Source: an uncultured Candidatus Saccharibacteria bacterium (GTDB lineage Bacteria > Patescibacteriota > Minisyncoccia > Phycocordibacterales > JAKAEA01). From it: a stretch of DNA of 64,000 nt. The position numbers were made by a program, and so were the translations under genes. The DNA lies in contig CAZNZK010000001.1 of assembly GCA_964577595.1 (NCBI GenBank), forward strand, positions 1,434-65,433. The letters are read 5' to 3'. Below the pieces are notes generated by a model. It had not been told where the DNA came from. It saw only the letters and a list, made by a program, of their open reading frames with translations, and made no database searches. How positions within the stretch are numbered: the stretch's first letter is position 1; each line of letters begins with the position of its first letter. This document shows, in pieces, positions 9,782 through 20,586 of this stretch.

Positions 9782-10048
9782 ATGAAAGTAGATACCCACC
9801 CCAAATACTTTGAAAAGGCCTCGGTTACCTGCGCATGCGGCACCACCTTTACGCTGGGCTCTACGAAAGAGAAAATCAACGTTGAAATTTGCTCCAATTG
9901 TCACCCTTTTTACACTGGTAACGAAAAAATCGTAGACACTGCCGGTATGGTGGACAAGTTCCGCTCTCGGGCTGCTAAGGCCGCTCCCAAAAAGGCTCCC
10001 AAGAAAGCTGTTGAGGTAGTTTCAGAAGAAGCTATAGAAGCAAAGTAA
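9782..10048 (+). CDS. rpmE: 50S ribosomal protein L31 (zinc-binding type)
   Basis: [33 protein letters not shown]. Confidence 0.96.
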   Translation: MKVDTHPKYFEKASVTCACGTTFTLGSTKEKINVEICSNCHPFYTGNEKIVDTAGMVDKFRSRAAKAAPKKAPKKAVEVVSEEAIEAK

Positions 10049-10110
10049 CTACACTGCCCTTTTTATGCACGCTCTCTAGCTAGTGGGCGTGTATAATTGC
10101 GTATATCAAT

Positions 10111-11100
10111 ATGAACCCCGAAATCCAACAGTATAAAAAGAATCCGAAAACCGCGTATATGGCGGACATGGTTTTAAAATTGGACGCGGATGCGGCTAGT
10201 GTTCGAAAAATGGGGGAGAGCGACCCGGCTATGGCTGAATTAGCCAAAGGTGAACTTGCCGACATTGAATTACAGAAAGCCGCGCTCATGGCGCAGATGA
10301 AAGAAATTACAGATGCCGATGCGGCCGCCGAAAAGCTTGCCGAAGAGGCCGACAAATATCCTAATGAGTTGATTTTAGAAGTACGGGCCGGTGCCGGTGG
10401 CGATGAAGCCGCGCTTTTTGCCGCTGAGCTTGCCGCCATGTACCAAGGCTATGCTGTGCGCCAGGGTTGGCAGTTTGAAAAAGTCAGTGAATCCCAAAGC
10501 GATTTAGGCGGCTATAAAGAGGCGGTTTTTGAAATTCACGGCAAGGATGTCTATCGCAAACTTCGTTTTGAAACCGGCGTGCATCGCATTCAGCGCATTC
10601 CTGAAACTGAAAAAGCCGGCCGGGTACACACCTCTACTGCTTCCGTCGCCGTTTTGCCTTTGCGCAAAAAAGTGAAATTTGAAATAAATCCTTCCGAGCT
10701 TGAAATTGAAACCTCACGGGCTGGCGGCAAGGGCGGTCAGAACGTGAATAAGGTGGAAACCGCCGTGCGCATTGTGCACATTCCCACGGGTATCGATGTG
10801 CGTTCCACTGCCCAGCGTAGCCAAAGTGCCAACAAGGAAAAAGCTATGGAAATTCTCATGGCCAAGCTGGAGCAGAGGCACGACGACGAGGCCAACGCCA
10901 AGTTTGCCGCTAACCGTAAAGAGCAAATAGGCACCGGTGACCGCTCGGAAAAAATCCGCACGTATAACATTCTCCAGGACCGCGTCACCGACCATCGTCT
11001 CAAAGAAAACTGGCACAACATTGAGCAGATTTTCGCGGGCAACATTGATGAAATGGTAGACGGCATGAGTAAGATGGGCGACAATGCCATAGTTGCCTAA
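10111..11100 (+). CDS. prfA: Peptide chain release factor 1 (shortened N-terminus)
   Basis: GGQ motif ([10 protein letters not shown]), PxT anticodon mimic (PET), [10 protein letters not shown]. Confidence 0.93.
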   Translation: MNPEIQQYKKNPKTAYMADMVLKLDADAASVRKMGESDPAMAELAKGELADIELQKAALMAQMKEITDADAAAEKLAEEADKYPNELILEVRAGAGGDEAALFAAELAAMYQGYAVRQGWQFEKVSESQSDLGGYKEAVFEIHGKDVYRKLRFETGVHRIQRIPETEKAGRVHTSTASVAVLPLRKKVKFEINPSELEIETSRAGGKGGQNVNKVETAVRIVHIPTGIDVRSTAQRSQSANKEKAMEILMAKLEQRHDDEANAKFAANRKEQIGTGDRSEKIRTYNILQDRVTDHRLKENWHNIEQIFAGNIDEMVDGMSKMGDNAIVA

Positions 11101-11130
11101 AACCGGCTTATTTGATACACTCTTTTGCCT

Positions 11131-11874
11131 ATGGTAGATGATATTTCAACCCCAGTTGCCAACGTCGCTATGAACGATCCTTTGATGGAACAGATGTTCA
11201 AGGCGGGCGCGCATTTTGCTTTTGCTAAGAATCGCCGCCATCCTTCAGCCAAGCCACTGATTTTTGGCACGAAAAACCGCGTAGAGATTTTTGATTTAGA
11301 ACAAACCAAAGAATATTTGAATACCGCTAAAGATTTTGCCCGTAAGCTTGGCACTACCGGTGGGGTTATCCTTTTTGCCAGCGCTAAGAGCGAGGCGCGC
11401 GAAGCTGTTGAGCGCGCCGGCCGTGTTTTGAGCCAGCCTTTTGTTGCTGGTCGCTGGATTGGTGGCACTTTTACGAATTTCGGCCAAATCCGCAAGCGCA
11501 TTGACCGCATGGAAAAGCTCATGAGCGACAAAGAGAAAGGCGAGCTTGGCAAATACACCAAAAAAGAACGTCTTTTGATTGACCGTGAAATTGCCAACCT
11601 TCAGCGCTTCTTCGGTGGTATCGCTACGCTCAAGGAAATGCCCAAAGCCCTTTTTGTGGTTGATCCCAAGAAAGAAAAAACCGCCGTGGCCGAAGCCCAC
11701 TCCGCAGGCGTTCCTATCATAGCTATTACCGGCAGTGATTGCGATTTGACCGACGTAAAATTTCCAATTCCGGGCAACGACTCTTCAGTTTCCAGCATCA
11801 ATTTCTTCGTCAACGAAATCATCGCCGCCTATCAGGAAGGAAAGGCTCAGGCTGCCAAAACTCCTGCTAAATAG
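11131..11874 (+). CDS. rpsB: 30S ribosomal protein S2
   Basis: AGAHF, RWIGGTFTNF, FPIPGNDSS. Confidence 0.96.
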   Translation: MVDDISTPVANVAMNDPLMEQMFKAGAHFAFAKNRRHPSAKPLIFGTKNRVEIFDLEQTKEYLNTAKDFARKLGTTGGVILFASAKSEAREAVERAGRVLSQPFVAGRWIGGTFTNFGQIRKRIDRMEKLMSDKEKGELGKYTKKERLLIDREIANLQRFFGGIATLKEMPKALFVVDPKKEKTAVAEAHSAGVPIIAITGSDCDLTDVKFPIPGNDSSVSSINFFVNEIIAAYQEGKAQAAKTPAK

Positions 11875-11958
11875 ACAATTTCTAAAAATTGTTTTGTAAC
11901 TAAAAGTTTTATTTTTTCTTCAGGACTATTTTAACTAGGGTTGGTATAATTAGACTAT

Positions 11959-12132
11959 ATGATGGCAGAAACAGTCTTTCTTCCAATAATAACCCTTCTC
12001 GTCGGCATTGTCGGTTACTTCGTAAAGAAAACCTACGATAGGGTTGATACTATGGGTAACAGGGTTGACGATATTAGCCGCGATCTTTTTGATGTGAAGT
12101 CAAAAGTTGATATTCTTTGGCAAACCAAGTAA
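11959..12132 (+). CDS. Small membrane protein, 57 aa (TM plus coiled coil), absent from ORF track
   Basis: MMAETVFLPIITLLVGIVGYFVKKTYDRVDTMGNRVDDISRDLFDVKSKVDILWQTK; GGTATAAT 8 nt upstream. Confidence 0.6.
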   Translation: MMAETVFLPIITLLVGIVGYFVKKTYDRVDTMGNRVDDISRDLFDVKSKVDILWQTK

Positions 12133-12144
12133 ACTGGATGAATT

Positions 12145-12741
12145 ATGGCTATTACTACTGAACAAATCAAAGAATTACGCGACAGAACCGGTGTTTCGGT
12201 GATGCAGTGCAAGAAGGCGCTGGAGGAAGCTGGCGGCGACACGGAAAAGGCCGTGGTTATTTTGCGCAAAATCAGCTCTCAAGTGGCTGGCAAGAAAGCC
12301 GACCGCGTTTTTCATGCGGGTTTTATCGGTTCCTATGTGCATTCAAATGGCTTGATTGGCTCCATGGTAGAGCTTCTCACTGAAACTGATTTCGTCGCCG
12401 GTAATGCTGATTTTAAGGCACTAGCTCGCGACATCGCCATGCATGTGGCCGCTACTCGCCCAGAATTTTTGAAGGCAAGTGATGTTTCTGCAGAAGCCAC
12501 AAAAGCCGCAAACGAAGTGTTTGAGAAAGAATTTGCCGATTCCGGCAAGCCGGAAAAAATGCGCGCCGGTATTGTGGACGGTAAAATGAAAGCATATCTT
12601 AAAGAAAAAATTCTGCTTGAACAGCCTTTCATTAAAAATCCCGATATCACCATTGCCGGCCTCGTTGATTCCGCTATTCAAAAATTCGGCGAGAAAATTG
12701 AAGTTGCCCGTTTTTCCTATGTTTCAGTATTAGGTAAGTAA
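12145..12741 (+). CDS. tsf: Elongation factor Ts (short form)
   Basis: IKELRDRTG..MQCKKAL, ETDFVA, DIAMHVAA. Confidence 0.96.
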   Translation: MAITTEQIKELRDRTGVSVMQCKKALEEAGGDTEKAVVILRKISSQVAGKKADRVFHAGFIGSYVHSNGLIGSMVELLTETDFVAGNADFKALARDIAMHVAATRPEFLKASDVSAEATKAANEVFEKEFADSGKPEKMRAGIVDGKMKAYLKEKILLEQPFIKNPDITIAGLVDSAIQKFGEKIEVARFSYVSVLGK

Positions 12742-12742
12742 T

Positions 12743-13138
12743 ATGTTTATAACTCCACTCATTCTTTTTATTGTTGCGGGCGTCGGCATTGTCACGCTGG
12801 TCAGTCTCAAGGCCTACCAACTCTCACGCGGGGTGCAGTTGCCAATGGCCGCAAAGCGTAATGCTGTGGAAGGCAGGATTAGAAAATTTGAGAGGGGAGT
12901 GAAGCGTAAAACAGCGAATGTTAAGAGCATTTTTTCTTCCGCTGGTATGTGGAAGATGCTTGCAACAATTGAGGCGTATTATGCTCGGGTTACTATTGCC
13001 GTGAAAAATGCTCTCACTGGCCCCGGCCACTGGCTTGACCGCAACACTCGCAACCTGGTGAGCTTGGTTCGTGGTCGCCAAACTCTTTCAGGCCGTGATA
13101 CTCCTTCCTCATATCTCCGCGATATTAGCCGCCCCTAA
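12743..13138 (+). CDS. Hypothetical membrane-anchored protein
   Basis: N-terminal TM helix; coupled to tsf. Confidence 0.65.
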   Translation: MFITPLILFIVAGVGIVTLVSLKAYQLSRGVQLPMAAKRNAVEGRIRKFERGVKRKTANVKSIFSSAGMWKMLATIEAYYARVTIAVKNALTGPGHWLDRNTRNLVSLVRGRQTLSGRDTPSSYLRDISRP

Positions 13139-13179
13139 GCTTTTTAAATTTTCTAATTTAGGATATAGTAGCGCTTATT

Positions 13180-13252
13180 GCCGCCTTAGCTCAGTTGGTA
13201 GAGCAACTGTTTTGTAAACAGTAGGTCCCCAGTTCAAGCCTGGGAGGCGGCT
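13180..13252 (+). tRNA. tRNA-Thr(TGT); CCA not encoded
   Basis: Acceptor GCCGCCT/AGGCGGC; D-arm AGCTCAGTTGGTAGAGC; anticodon arm ACTGT-TTTGTAA-ACAGT; T-loop GTTCAAG. Confidence 0.96.
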
Positions 13253-13263
13253 CCGATTTTCGA

Positions 13264-13292
13264 TTGACATTGGAATGCAACTACTATAGGAT
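13264..13292 (+). promoter_or_regulatory. Probable rpoBC promoter
   Basis: TTGACA-N17-TAGGAT. Confidence 0.6.
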
Positions 13293-13487
13293 ATCCCAAT
13301 CAAACGCTGACTGAGTTTTGACTAGTTTGATGCTCTAATTTGGCGATTTTGTCGTTATTTATAACGACATTTTATCGTTTTCTGCTTTACTATAGTCGTC
13401 TAATTTAATAGGTTAACTTACTAACCAGAAGGTTGCCCAAAAACGTAAATTGGGGTCGCCAACTTTTTGCACAACAATATTTTTTAT

Positions 13488-16400
13488 ATGTCAAACTCGT
13501 CAATCGCCTTGAACGAAAACGTGTCGGGAGCCGGAAAAGAGCAGAAGCATTTCGGTCGTTTCAAAAAACCGTTGGCAGAAATGCCCAACTTGGTAGAAGC
13601 CCAGATGGCCTCATTCACCTGGCTTATTGAACATGGCATGGAAGAGGTTTTCAAGGAATTTTCTTCCATTCGCGACTACGCCGGCAAGAAATTCGAGCTG
13701 ACCTTCGTTGGTTTTAAAATCGGTCAGCCGCAATATGACGAATTCTACGCCAAAGACAACAAGCTTTCCTACGAAGCGCCCATGAAAGTGATGGTACGTT
13801 TAAAAAACAAAACAATTGGCACCACCAAGGAGCAGGAAATCTTTATGGCGGACTTTCCGCTCATGACCCCGCACGGCACGTTCATTGTGGCCGGCGTTGA
13901 GCGCGTTATCGTGCCCCAGCTCGCTCGTTCATTCGGCATTTTCTTCACCTCCAGTGAAATCAAAGGAAAAATGTATTTCGGGGCAAAAATTATCCCGTCG
14001 CGCGGTGCCTGGATTGAAATTGAAGCCGAGCCGGATGGCGCGCTCTACGTGCGCATTGATCGCAAGCGCAAATTCCCAATTTCCTCGCTTCTCCGTGTTG
14101 TTGGTGCTCAGCAAAGCGGCGGCAAAGTGTTCACCGACACCGACATTTTAGATTTGTTTGCCGGCCAAGTAGCTTCTCGCGCTTTCATTGAGAGCTCACT
14201 TGCCAAGGATCACGCCAAAACCACCGACGACGCCTATATTGAAATCCATAAGCGCTTGCGCGATGGCGACCTGGCCACGGCCGAGAACGCCCGAGAATTC
14301 GTCAATTCTATTTTTAATGAAGAGCGCTACGATATTTCTCGCGTTGGCCGTTTTCGCTTCAACAAGCGCTTTGCTAAAGAGATGGACGAAAAAGCGCTGG
14401 CTCGTCGCACTATCAGCCTGGAAGATTTGACTATGGTGGTCAACTACATCGCCACGCTTTCCACCACGCCGAACTCCTTCGCTGACGACATTGACCACCT
14501 CGGTTCGCGCCGCGTGCGCTACGTTGGTGAGCTTCTTCAGCAGAAGGTCCGCGTTGGTCTTTCACAAATGAAGCGCAATATCCAGGACCGCATGTCCACT
14601 ATTGAGTCCGACGTGACCATGCCGGTGCAATTTATTTCGCCCAAGCCCTTGCAGGCTCGCATCAAGGAATTTTTCACCACCAACCAGCTCTCGCAGTTCA
14701 TGCAGCAGGAAAATATTCTTTCCGAGCTTGAACACTTGCGTCTGCTTTCCGCTCTCGGCCCAGGCGGCTTGGATCGTATGCGTGCTGGTTTTGAAGTACG
14801 CGACGTTCATCCATCACACTATGGCCGCTTGTGTCCAATTCACACCCCTGAAGGCACCAACATCGGTCTTATCTTGCACTTGGCTACGCATGCCAAGCTG
14901 AATGAATTCGGTATGATTGAAACGCCGTATGCCAAAGTAAAAAATGGCAAAGTCACCAAGGAAATTGTGTACCTCAATGCTCTGGAAGAAGAATCCTTCC
15001 ACATTGCGCACGCCGCTACTCGCTACGATGACGAGGGTGTCATTTTGGAAAAAGAAGTAGAGGTGCGCCACAACAGTGACCCGGCCGTGGTTACTCCCGA
15101 CAAAGTTGATTTCATTGACGTCTACACCAACCAGGCATTTTCCGTGGCTACGTCTATGATTCCGTTCCTTAACCACGACGATGCCGCTCGTGCGTTGATG
15201 GGTTCCAACATGCAGAAGCAGGCCACACCCTGTCTTATTCCGGAAGCTCCGCTTGTTGCGACCGGCATTGAAACTGCCGCCGCCCGTGACACTGGCCGCC
15301 TTATTTTTTCCGAAGAGGCGGGCACGGTTGTCTATGTTGACGCTCGTAAAATCATCGTGAAGGGTCGCGCCAAGGAGCACGAATACAAGCTCATTAATTT
15401 TTCCCGTACCAACGGTTTCACTGCTTTCTATCATCGCCCCGCGGTTACTACCGGCGATAAAGTTGAAAAAGGCGCCCTCTTGGCCGACGCTTCCTCAAGC
15501 GACGGCGGCCAGATGGCTCTTGGCCAGAACGCCTTCGTGGCTTTCATGAGCTGGAGTGGTGCCAATTATGAAGACGCCATTATCCTTTCCGAACGCCTCG
15601 TTAAGGAAAGCAAATTCACCTCTATCCACATTGAAGAATTCATTGTAAACGTCCGCGACACCAAACTCGGTCCTGAAGTCACCACCCACGACATTCCTAA
15701 CGTTGGTGAAATCAAGCTCAAAAATTTAGATGAAGAAGGCATCGTGCGCGTTGGTGCCGAAGTGCGCCCCGGTGACATTCTTGTCGGCAAAATTACGCCG
15801 AAAGGGGAGACTCAACTCACGCCGGAAGAGCGCCTCCTTCGCTCACTTTTCGGCGAAAAGGCTCGCGATGTAAAAGACACCAGCAAGCGCCTTGAAAACG
15901 GCAAGCGCGGCCGCATCATTTCCGTCAAAGTATTTTCTCGCGAGCGCGGTGACAAATTAGATTCCGGTATCATCAAGCGTATTCACATTGAAGTAGCTCA
16001 GCTACGCAATATTTCCGTCGGCGACAAGCTCGCCGGCCGCCACGGTAACAAGGGTGTTATTTCCAAAATTCTTCCTGTAGAAGATATGCCTTACACTGCC
16101 GATGGTACGCCTATTGACGTTATCCTCACTCCGCTCGGCGTGCCAAGCCGTATGAACCTTGGTCAAATTCTTGAATTACACCTCGGCCTCGCTGCGCACA
16201 CGCTCAACTACCAGGCCATCGTCCCACCTTTTGCCGGTGCCACCGACAAGGAAATTAAGGATGAATTAGAAAAGGCCGGTTTCAAAAAAGACGGCAAAAT
16301 GCCTCTGTTTGATGGAAGAACGGGCGATAAATTTGATCAAGAAATCGCCGTCGGCTACATGTATATTCTTAAGTTGCACCACATGGTTGAAGACAAGATT

Positions 16401-16778
16401 CACATGCGTTCCATTGGTCCGTACTCGCTCATTACCCAGCAACCGCTTGGTGGCAAGGCTCAGCAAGGTGGCCAGCGCTTCGGTGAAATGGAAGTTTGGG
16501 CGCTGCTTGGTTACGGTGCCGCGCACAACCTGCGTGAAATGCTCACTATTAAGAGCGACGACATCCTCGGTCGCAGTGCCGCCTTTGATTCCATCGTGAA
16601 GGGTCAGGAAATTAGCACGCCAAACATGCCAGCCTCTTTCAACGTGTTGGTCAGCACGATGAAGGGTCTTGGTTTGGATGTGGATATGAAAAAGAAGGTC
16701 GGAGAAGAGCCGCCTCGTGAACGCGGCAAGGCGGCAGTTATCGCCGAAATGGAGAAGGAATTAGCTCGCGAAGAATAA
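13488..16778 (+). CDS. rpoB: RNA polymerase beta subunit
   Basis: GDKLAGRHGNKG, GGQRFGEMEVWAL, HYGRLCPIHTPEG. Confidence 0.99.
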   Translation: MSNSSIALNENVSGAGKEQKHFGRFKKPLAEMPNLVEAQMASFTWLIEHGMEEVFKEFSSIRDYAGKKFELTFVGFKIGQPQYDEFYAKDNKLSYEAPMKVMVRLKNKTIGTTKEQEIFMADFPLMTPHGTFIVAGVERVIVPQLARSFGIFFTSSEIKGKMYFGAKIIPSRGAWIEIEAEPDGALYVRIDRKRKFPISSLLRVVGAQQSGGKVFTDTDILDLFAGQVASRAFIESSLAKDHAKTTDDAYIEIHKRLRDGDLATAENAREFVNSIFNEERYDISRVGRFRFNKRFAKEMDEKALARRTISLEDLTMVVNYIATLSTTPNSFADDIDHLGSRRVRYVGELLQQKVRVGLSQMKRNIQDRMSTIESDVTMPVQFISPKPLQARIKEFFTTNQLSQFMQQENILSELEHLRLLSALGPGGLDRMRAGFEVRDVHPSHYGRLCPIHTPEGTNIGLILHLATHAKLNEFGMIETPYAKVKNGKVTKEIVYLNALEEESFHIAHAATRYDDEGVILEKEVEVRHNSDPAVVTPDKVDFIDVYTNQAFSVATSMIPFLNHDDAARALMGSNMQKQATPCLIPEAPLVATGIETAAARDTGRLIFSEEAGTVVYVDARKIIVKGRAKEHEYKLINFSRTNGFTAFYHRPAVTTGDKVEKGALLADASSSDGGQMALGQNAFVAFMSWSGANYEDAIILSERLVKESKFTSIHIEEFIVNVRDTKLGPEVTTHDIPNVGEIKLKNLDEEGIVRVGAEVRPGDILVGKITPKGETQLTPEERLLRSLFGEKARDVKDTSKRLENGKRGRIISVKVFSRERGDKLDSGIIKRIHIEVAQLRNISVGDKLAGRHGNKGVISKILPVEDMPYTADGTPIDVILTPLGVPSRMNLGQILELHLGLAAHTLNYQAIVPPFAGATDKEIKDELEKAGFKKDGKMPLFDGRTGDKFDQEIAVGYMYILKLHHMVEDKIHMRSIGPYSLITQQPLGGKAQQGGQRFGEMEVWALLGYGAAHNLREMLTIKSDDILGRSAAFDSIVKGQEISTPNMPASFNVLVSTMKGLGLDVDMKKKVGEEPPRERGKAAVIAEMEKELAREE

Positions 16779-16802
16779 GAGAAAGAAATAATTAATAAAA
16801 AC

Positions 16803-19800
16803 ATGCCAACACCACAAAAAACAATGAATACTTCTTTCTCCCACACTGCCCGCGGCCGCGCCAGCGCCGCCGCTCGCGCCGAGCAGGATTTTGACTCCAT
16901 TATTCTGAAAATCGCCTCGCCGGAAAAAATCAAAGAATGGTCACGTGGGGAAGTGACCAAGCCGGAAACCATTAACTACCGCACTCAGCGCTCCGAAAAA
17001 AGCGGCCTCTTTGACGAAAAAATCTTCGGTCCGGATAAGGATTTTGAGTGTTATTGCGGTAAATATCGCGGTATTCGCTATAAAGGCATCGTCTGCGAAA
17101 AGTGCGGGGTAGAAATCACGCGCTCCATAGTGCGCCGCGAACGCATGGGCCACATTGACTTGGCTGTGCCGGTTTCGCATATCTGGTTCTTGCGCTCAAT
17201 GCCGAGCCGCATCAGTATGATTCTCGGACTCACGAGCGCCGAAGTGGAAAAAGTTATTTACTTCGCCGGCTACATTGTTACCAGCGTCAACGAGCCGGAG
17301 CGCGCCCAGATTCTTAAAGACCTGGACGCAGAATTCAAAAGTAAATCCAAGAGCTCGCAGGACGAAAAAACCAAAGATGCTCTGAAAGAAATGTATCTGC
17401 AGGCCAAAAAAGATATTGACAGCATCCAACGCGGCATTGTTTTGGATGAAGTCGCTTATCATAATTTTTCCGTAAAATACAGCACGCTCTTTGAGGCTGG
17501 TATTGGTGCCGAAGCGGTCTTCAATATTCTCCGTAATGTTGATGTTAAGAAGCTCGTCACTACGCTTGAGGCCGACCGCGAAAAAGCCGGTGCCGCCGAG
17601 CGCGAACGCATTGACAAGCGTCTTTCATTGGCTCGCTCAATGGTTTCTGCCAATATCCGCCCCGAATGGATGTTCTTGACGCGCATTCCTGTTATTCCGC
17701 CCGGTCTTCGCCCGATGGTGCCGCTTGATGGTGGTCGTTTTGCCACGTCCGACGTCAACGATCTTTACCGCCGCGTTATTAATCGCAACAATCGTCTCAA
17801 GAAACTTAAAGAAATTAATGCCCCCGAAGTCATTCTCCGCAATGAAAAGCGCATTCTCCAGGAAGCCGTTGACTCTTTAATTGACAGCTCTATTCGCCAC
17901 GGTTCCGCTTCGGCTGGCCCCACGTCTTTGGCTGCCCGTCGTGCTCTGAAATCCCTTGCCGATAACTTGAAATCTAAGCGCGGTTTGTTCCGTGCCAACC
18001 TTCTTGGTAAACGCGTTGACTATTCCGGCCGCTCCGTTATTGTTGTTGGTCCTGATCTCGCTTTAGACCAGTGTGGTTTGCCTAAGCATATGGCATTGGA
18101 ACTTTTCCGCCCATTCATTATTGCCGAGCTTTTGAAGCGCGAGCTTGCTTACAACATCCGTTCCGCCGGCCGCCTCATTGACGATGGTATTCCGGAGGTG
18201 TGGGCTATTTTGGAAGATGTTATTCGCGGCAAATATGTTCTCTTAAACCGCGCGCCTACTCTACACCGTTTGGGTATCCAGGCCTTCCGCCCTATTCTTA
18301 TTGAAGGTAATGCTATTCAGGTGCACCCACTTGTTTGCGGTGCTTTTAACGCCGACTTTGACGGTGACCAAATGGCCGTGCACGTGCCACTTTCCCGCCA
18401 AGCCCAGCTTGAAGCTTCTGAAATCATGGCTGCCAATAAAAACATCTTGAAGCCAGGTTCCGGCGACCCTACTGTTTCCGCAAAAATGCTTGATATTGTC
18501 CTTGGTTGCTACTGGGCCACAAAGATTGTTGCCGGCAAGAAAGGCGAAGGTAAAATTTTTGCCGATGCCAACAGCGCCATCACCGCTCGCGATTTTGATG
18601 AGCTTGATTTGCGCGCTAAAATTAAAATCTTGCCCGGTGAAGGGGTAAAGTACGCCGCCTTTGACGGTAAGCCTTTTGAAACATCGGTTGGCCGCTTACT
18701 CTTCAATGCCGCACTGCCTGCCGACTACCCATTCTTGAATGCCGAAATTGACCGCAAGAAAATGGGCGCTCTGGTTAACGACATTATTGATCGCTACGGC
18801 ATTGCCGCGGTGCCTGCTAACCTAGACAAAATCAAGAAATTTGGCTTCTCTTTTGCCACCGCTTCCGGCGTAACGTGGGGCATTGATGATGTGACTATCC
18901 CCGAAGGAAAAACCGCTCTCATTGAAGCCGCCCGCACTCGTGCTGAAGGCGTTGAAACGCAATATAACGATGGCCTGCTTTCCAAAGAGGAGCGCCTGCG
19001 CATGCTCATTGAGGTTTGGCAGGGTGCAAAGGGTCAAATAGAAAAACTCATTCCAGCCACGCTTGCTCCCAACGGTTCTGTTCACGACATGGTCATTTCC
19101 GGTGCTCGCGGTTCGCTTGGCCAAATTACCCAGATGGTTGGTATGAAGGGTCTTATCACCAACACTGCTGGCGACACTATTGAATTCCCAATTATCTCTT
19201 GTTCCAAGGAAGGCCTTACGCCAATTGAATACTTTATTACGACGCACGGCTCTCGTAAGGGTTTAACCGACACCGCGCTTAACACCGCTAAGGCCGGCTA
19301 CCTCACGCGCAAGCTCTTCGTTGTTGCCCAAGACACCATTATTACTGAAGACGATTGTGGCACAAAGGACGGCATTTTGGTCCATAAGGATTCTGGTTCT
19401 GGTATTGAAATCTCACTTGCTCGTGTCACGAGGGGCCGTGTGGCTGCCAGTGACATCATCGCTCCAGATGGAACGGTTCTTGCCAAGCGTGGCGCGCTTA
19501 TCAGTAAGCATGACGCTCAAAAAATTGAAGCATCCGGTGTTAAGAGTGTGCACGTGCGCTCCCCGATGACCTGTAAAACAATTGGCGGCATCTGCACTCA
19601 TTGCTATGGCTACGATCTTGGTCGTGATGCACTTATTGAAATCGGCGAAGCTGTCGGCACGGTGGCGGCCCAGGCTATCGGCGAGCCGGGTACCCAGCTC
19701 ACTATGCGTACTTTTCACGCTGGCGGTACTTCTCAAATTGGTGGCGACATTACTCAAGGTTTGCCTCGCGTTGAGGAACTCTTTGAGAAGCGTGCTCCCA

Positions 19801-20546
19801 AAAATCCCGCCGTTATCATCCGCGTAGATGGCATTGTTTCTGACATCCAAGACACCGGCAAGGAACGTCTCATCATGGTTATTCCCGACGTGCCCGCTGG
19901 TAAATCCAAGAAAGCTACTAAGGGCGACAGCGAATATGCCGCCAGTTACAACCGCGTTATCCTCGTGAAAACGGGCGACAAAGTTAAGAAGGGTGATATC
20001 GTCACCGACGGTTCTGCCGATATTGACGAAATTTTCCTCTATGCCGGCCGCGAGCGCGCGCAAGAATATATCATCAGCGAAGTGTCTCGCATCTACGAAC
20101 TCCAAGGTGAGGCTGTTTCAAGGAAGCATATGGAAGTTATTGTCCGTCAAATGTTCTCCCGTCGTCGCATCACCGAGCAGGGCGACACAAATCTTTCCGC
20201 TGGCGATATCGTAGAGCATCATCGCTTTCAACTTGAAAACATTCGCGTTAAAGAGCTTGATAAAACCGAAGCCAAAGCCGAGTCGGTGGTTATGGGTATT
20301 ACAGAAGTCTCCCTTTCCCGCAAGAGTTTCCTTTCCGCCGCTTCATTTCAGCACACCACTCGCGTGCTTATCAATGCCGCCGTTCGTGGCAATGAAGATC
20401 GTCTCGTTGGCCTCATGGAAAACGTCATTCTCGGTCGCCTCATTCCCGCCGGCACTGGTTTTCCCGGCAGTAAAAAGCAGAAAATGATTGAAGCGATAAC
20501 TCCTCTGCGGCCCGCTGTGCAGGAAGATGTTGTTGTGGAAGGGTAG
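16803..20546 (+). CDS. rpoC: RNA polymerase beta-prime subunit
   Basis: NADFDGD catalytic motif, zinc-finger cysteines, QLTMRTFH. Confidence 0.99.
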   Translation: MPTPQKTMNTSFSHTARGRASAAARAEQDFDSIILKIASPEKIKEWSRGEVTKPETINYRTQRSEKSGLFDEKIFGPDKDFECYCGKYRGIRYKGIVCEKCGVEITRSIVRRERMGHIDLAVPVSHIWFLRSMPSRISMILGLTSAEVEKVIYFAGYIVTSVNEPERAQILKDLDAEFKSKSKSSQDEKTKDALKEMYLQAKKDIDSIQRGIVLDEVAYHNFSVKYSTLFEAGIGAEAVFNILRNVDVKKLVTTLEADREKAGAAERERIDKRLSLARSMVSANIRPEWMFLTRIPVIPPGLRPMVPLDGGRFATSDVNDLYRRVINRNNRLKKLKEINAPEVILRNEKRILQEAVDSLIDSSIRHGSASAGPTSLAARRALKSLADNLKSKRGLFRANLLGKRVDYSGRSVIVVGPDLALDQCGLPKHMALELFRPFIIAELLKRELAYNIRSAGRLIDDGIPEVWAILEDVIRGKYVLLNRAPTLHRLGIQAFRPILIEGNAIQVHPLVCGAFNADFDGDQMAVHVPLSRQAQLEASEIMAANKNILKPGSGDPTVSAKMLDIVLGCYWATKIVAGKKGEGKIFADANSAITARDFDELDLRAKIKILPGEGVKYAAFDGKPFETSVGRLLFNAALPADYPFLNAEIDRKKMGALVNDIIDRYGIAAVPANLDKIKKFGFSFATASGVTWGIDDVTIPEGKTALIEAARTRAEGVETQYNDGLLSKEERLRMLIEVWQGAKGQIEKLIPATLAPNGSVHDMVISGARGSLGQITQMVGMKGLITNTAGDTIEFPIISCSKEGLTPIEYFITTHGSRKGLTDTALNTAKAGYLTRKLFVVAQDTIITEDDCGTKDGILVHKDSGSGIEISLARVTRGRVAASDIIAPDGTVLAKRGALISKHDAQKIEASGVKSVHVRSPMTCKTIGGICTHCYGYDLGRDALIEIGEAVGTVAAQAIGEPGTQLTMRTFHAGGTSQIGGDITQGLPRVEELFEKRAPKNPAVIIRVDGIVSDIQDTGKERLIMVIPDVPAGKSKKATKGDSEYAASYNRVILVKTGDKVKKGDIVTDGSADIDEIFLYAGRERAQEYIISEVSRIYELQGEAVSRKHMEVIVRQMFSRRRITEQGDTNLSAGDIVEHHRFQLENIRVKELDKTEAKAESVVMGITEVSLSRKSFLSAASFQHTTRVLINAAVRGNEDRLVGLMENVILGRLIPAGTGFPGSKKQKMIEAITPLRPAVQEDVVVEG

Positions 20547-20586
20547 GGGCTAGGCACGCTCAAAGGGTTTGGTATAATGTAAGTAC

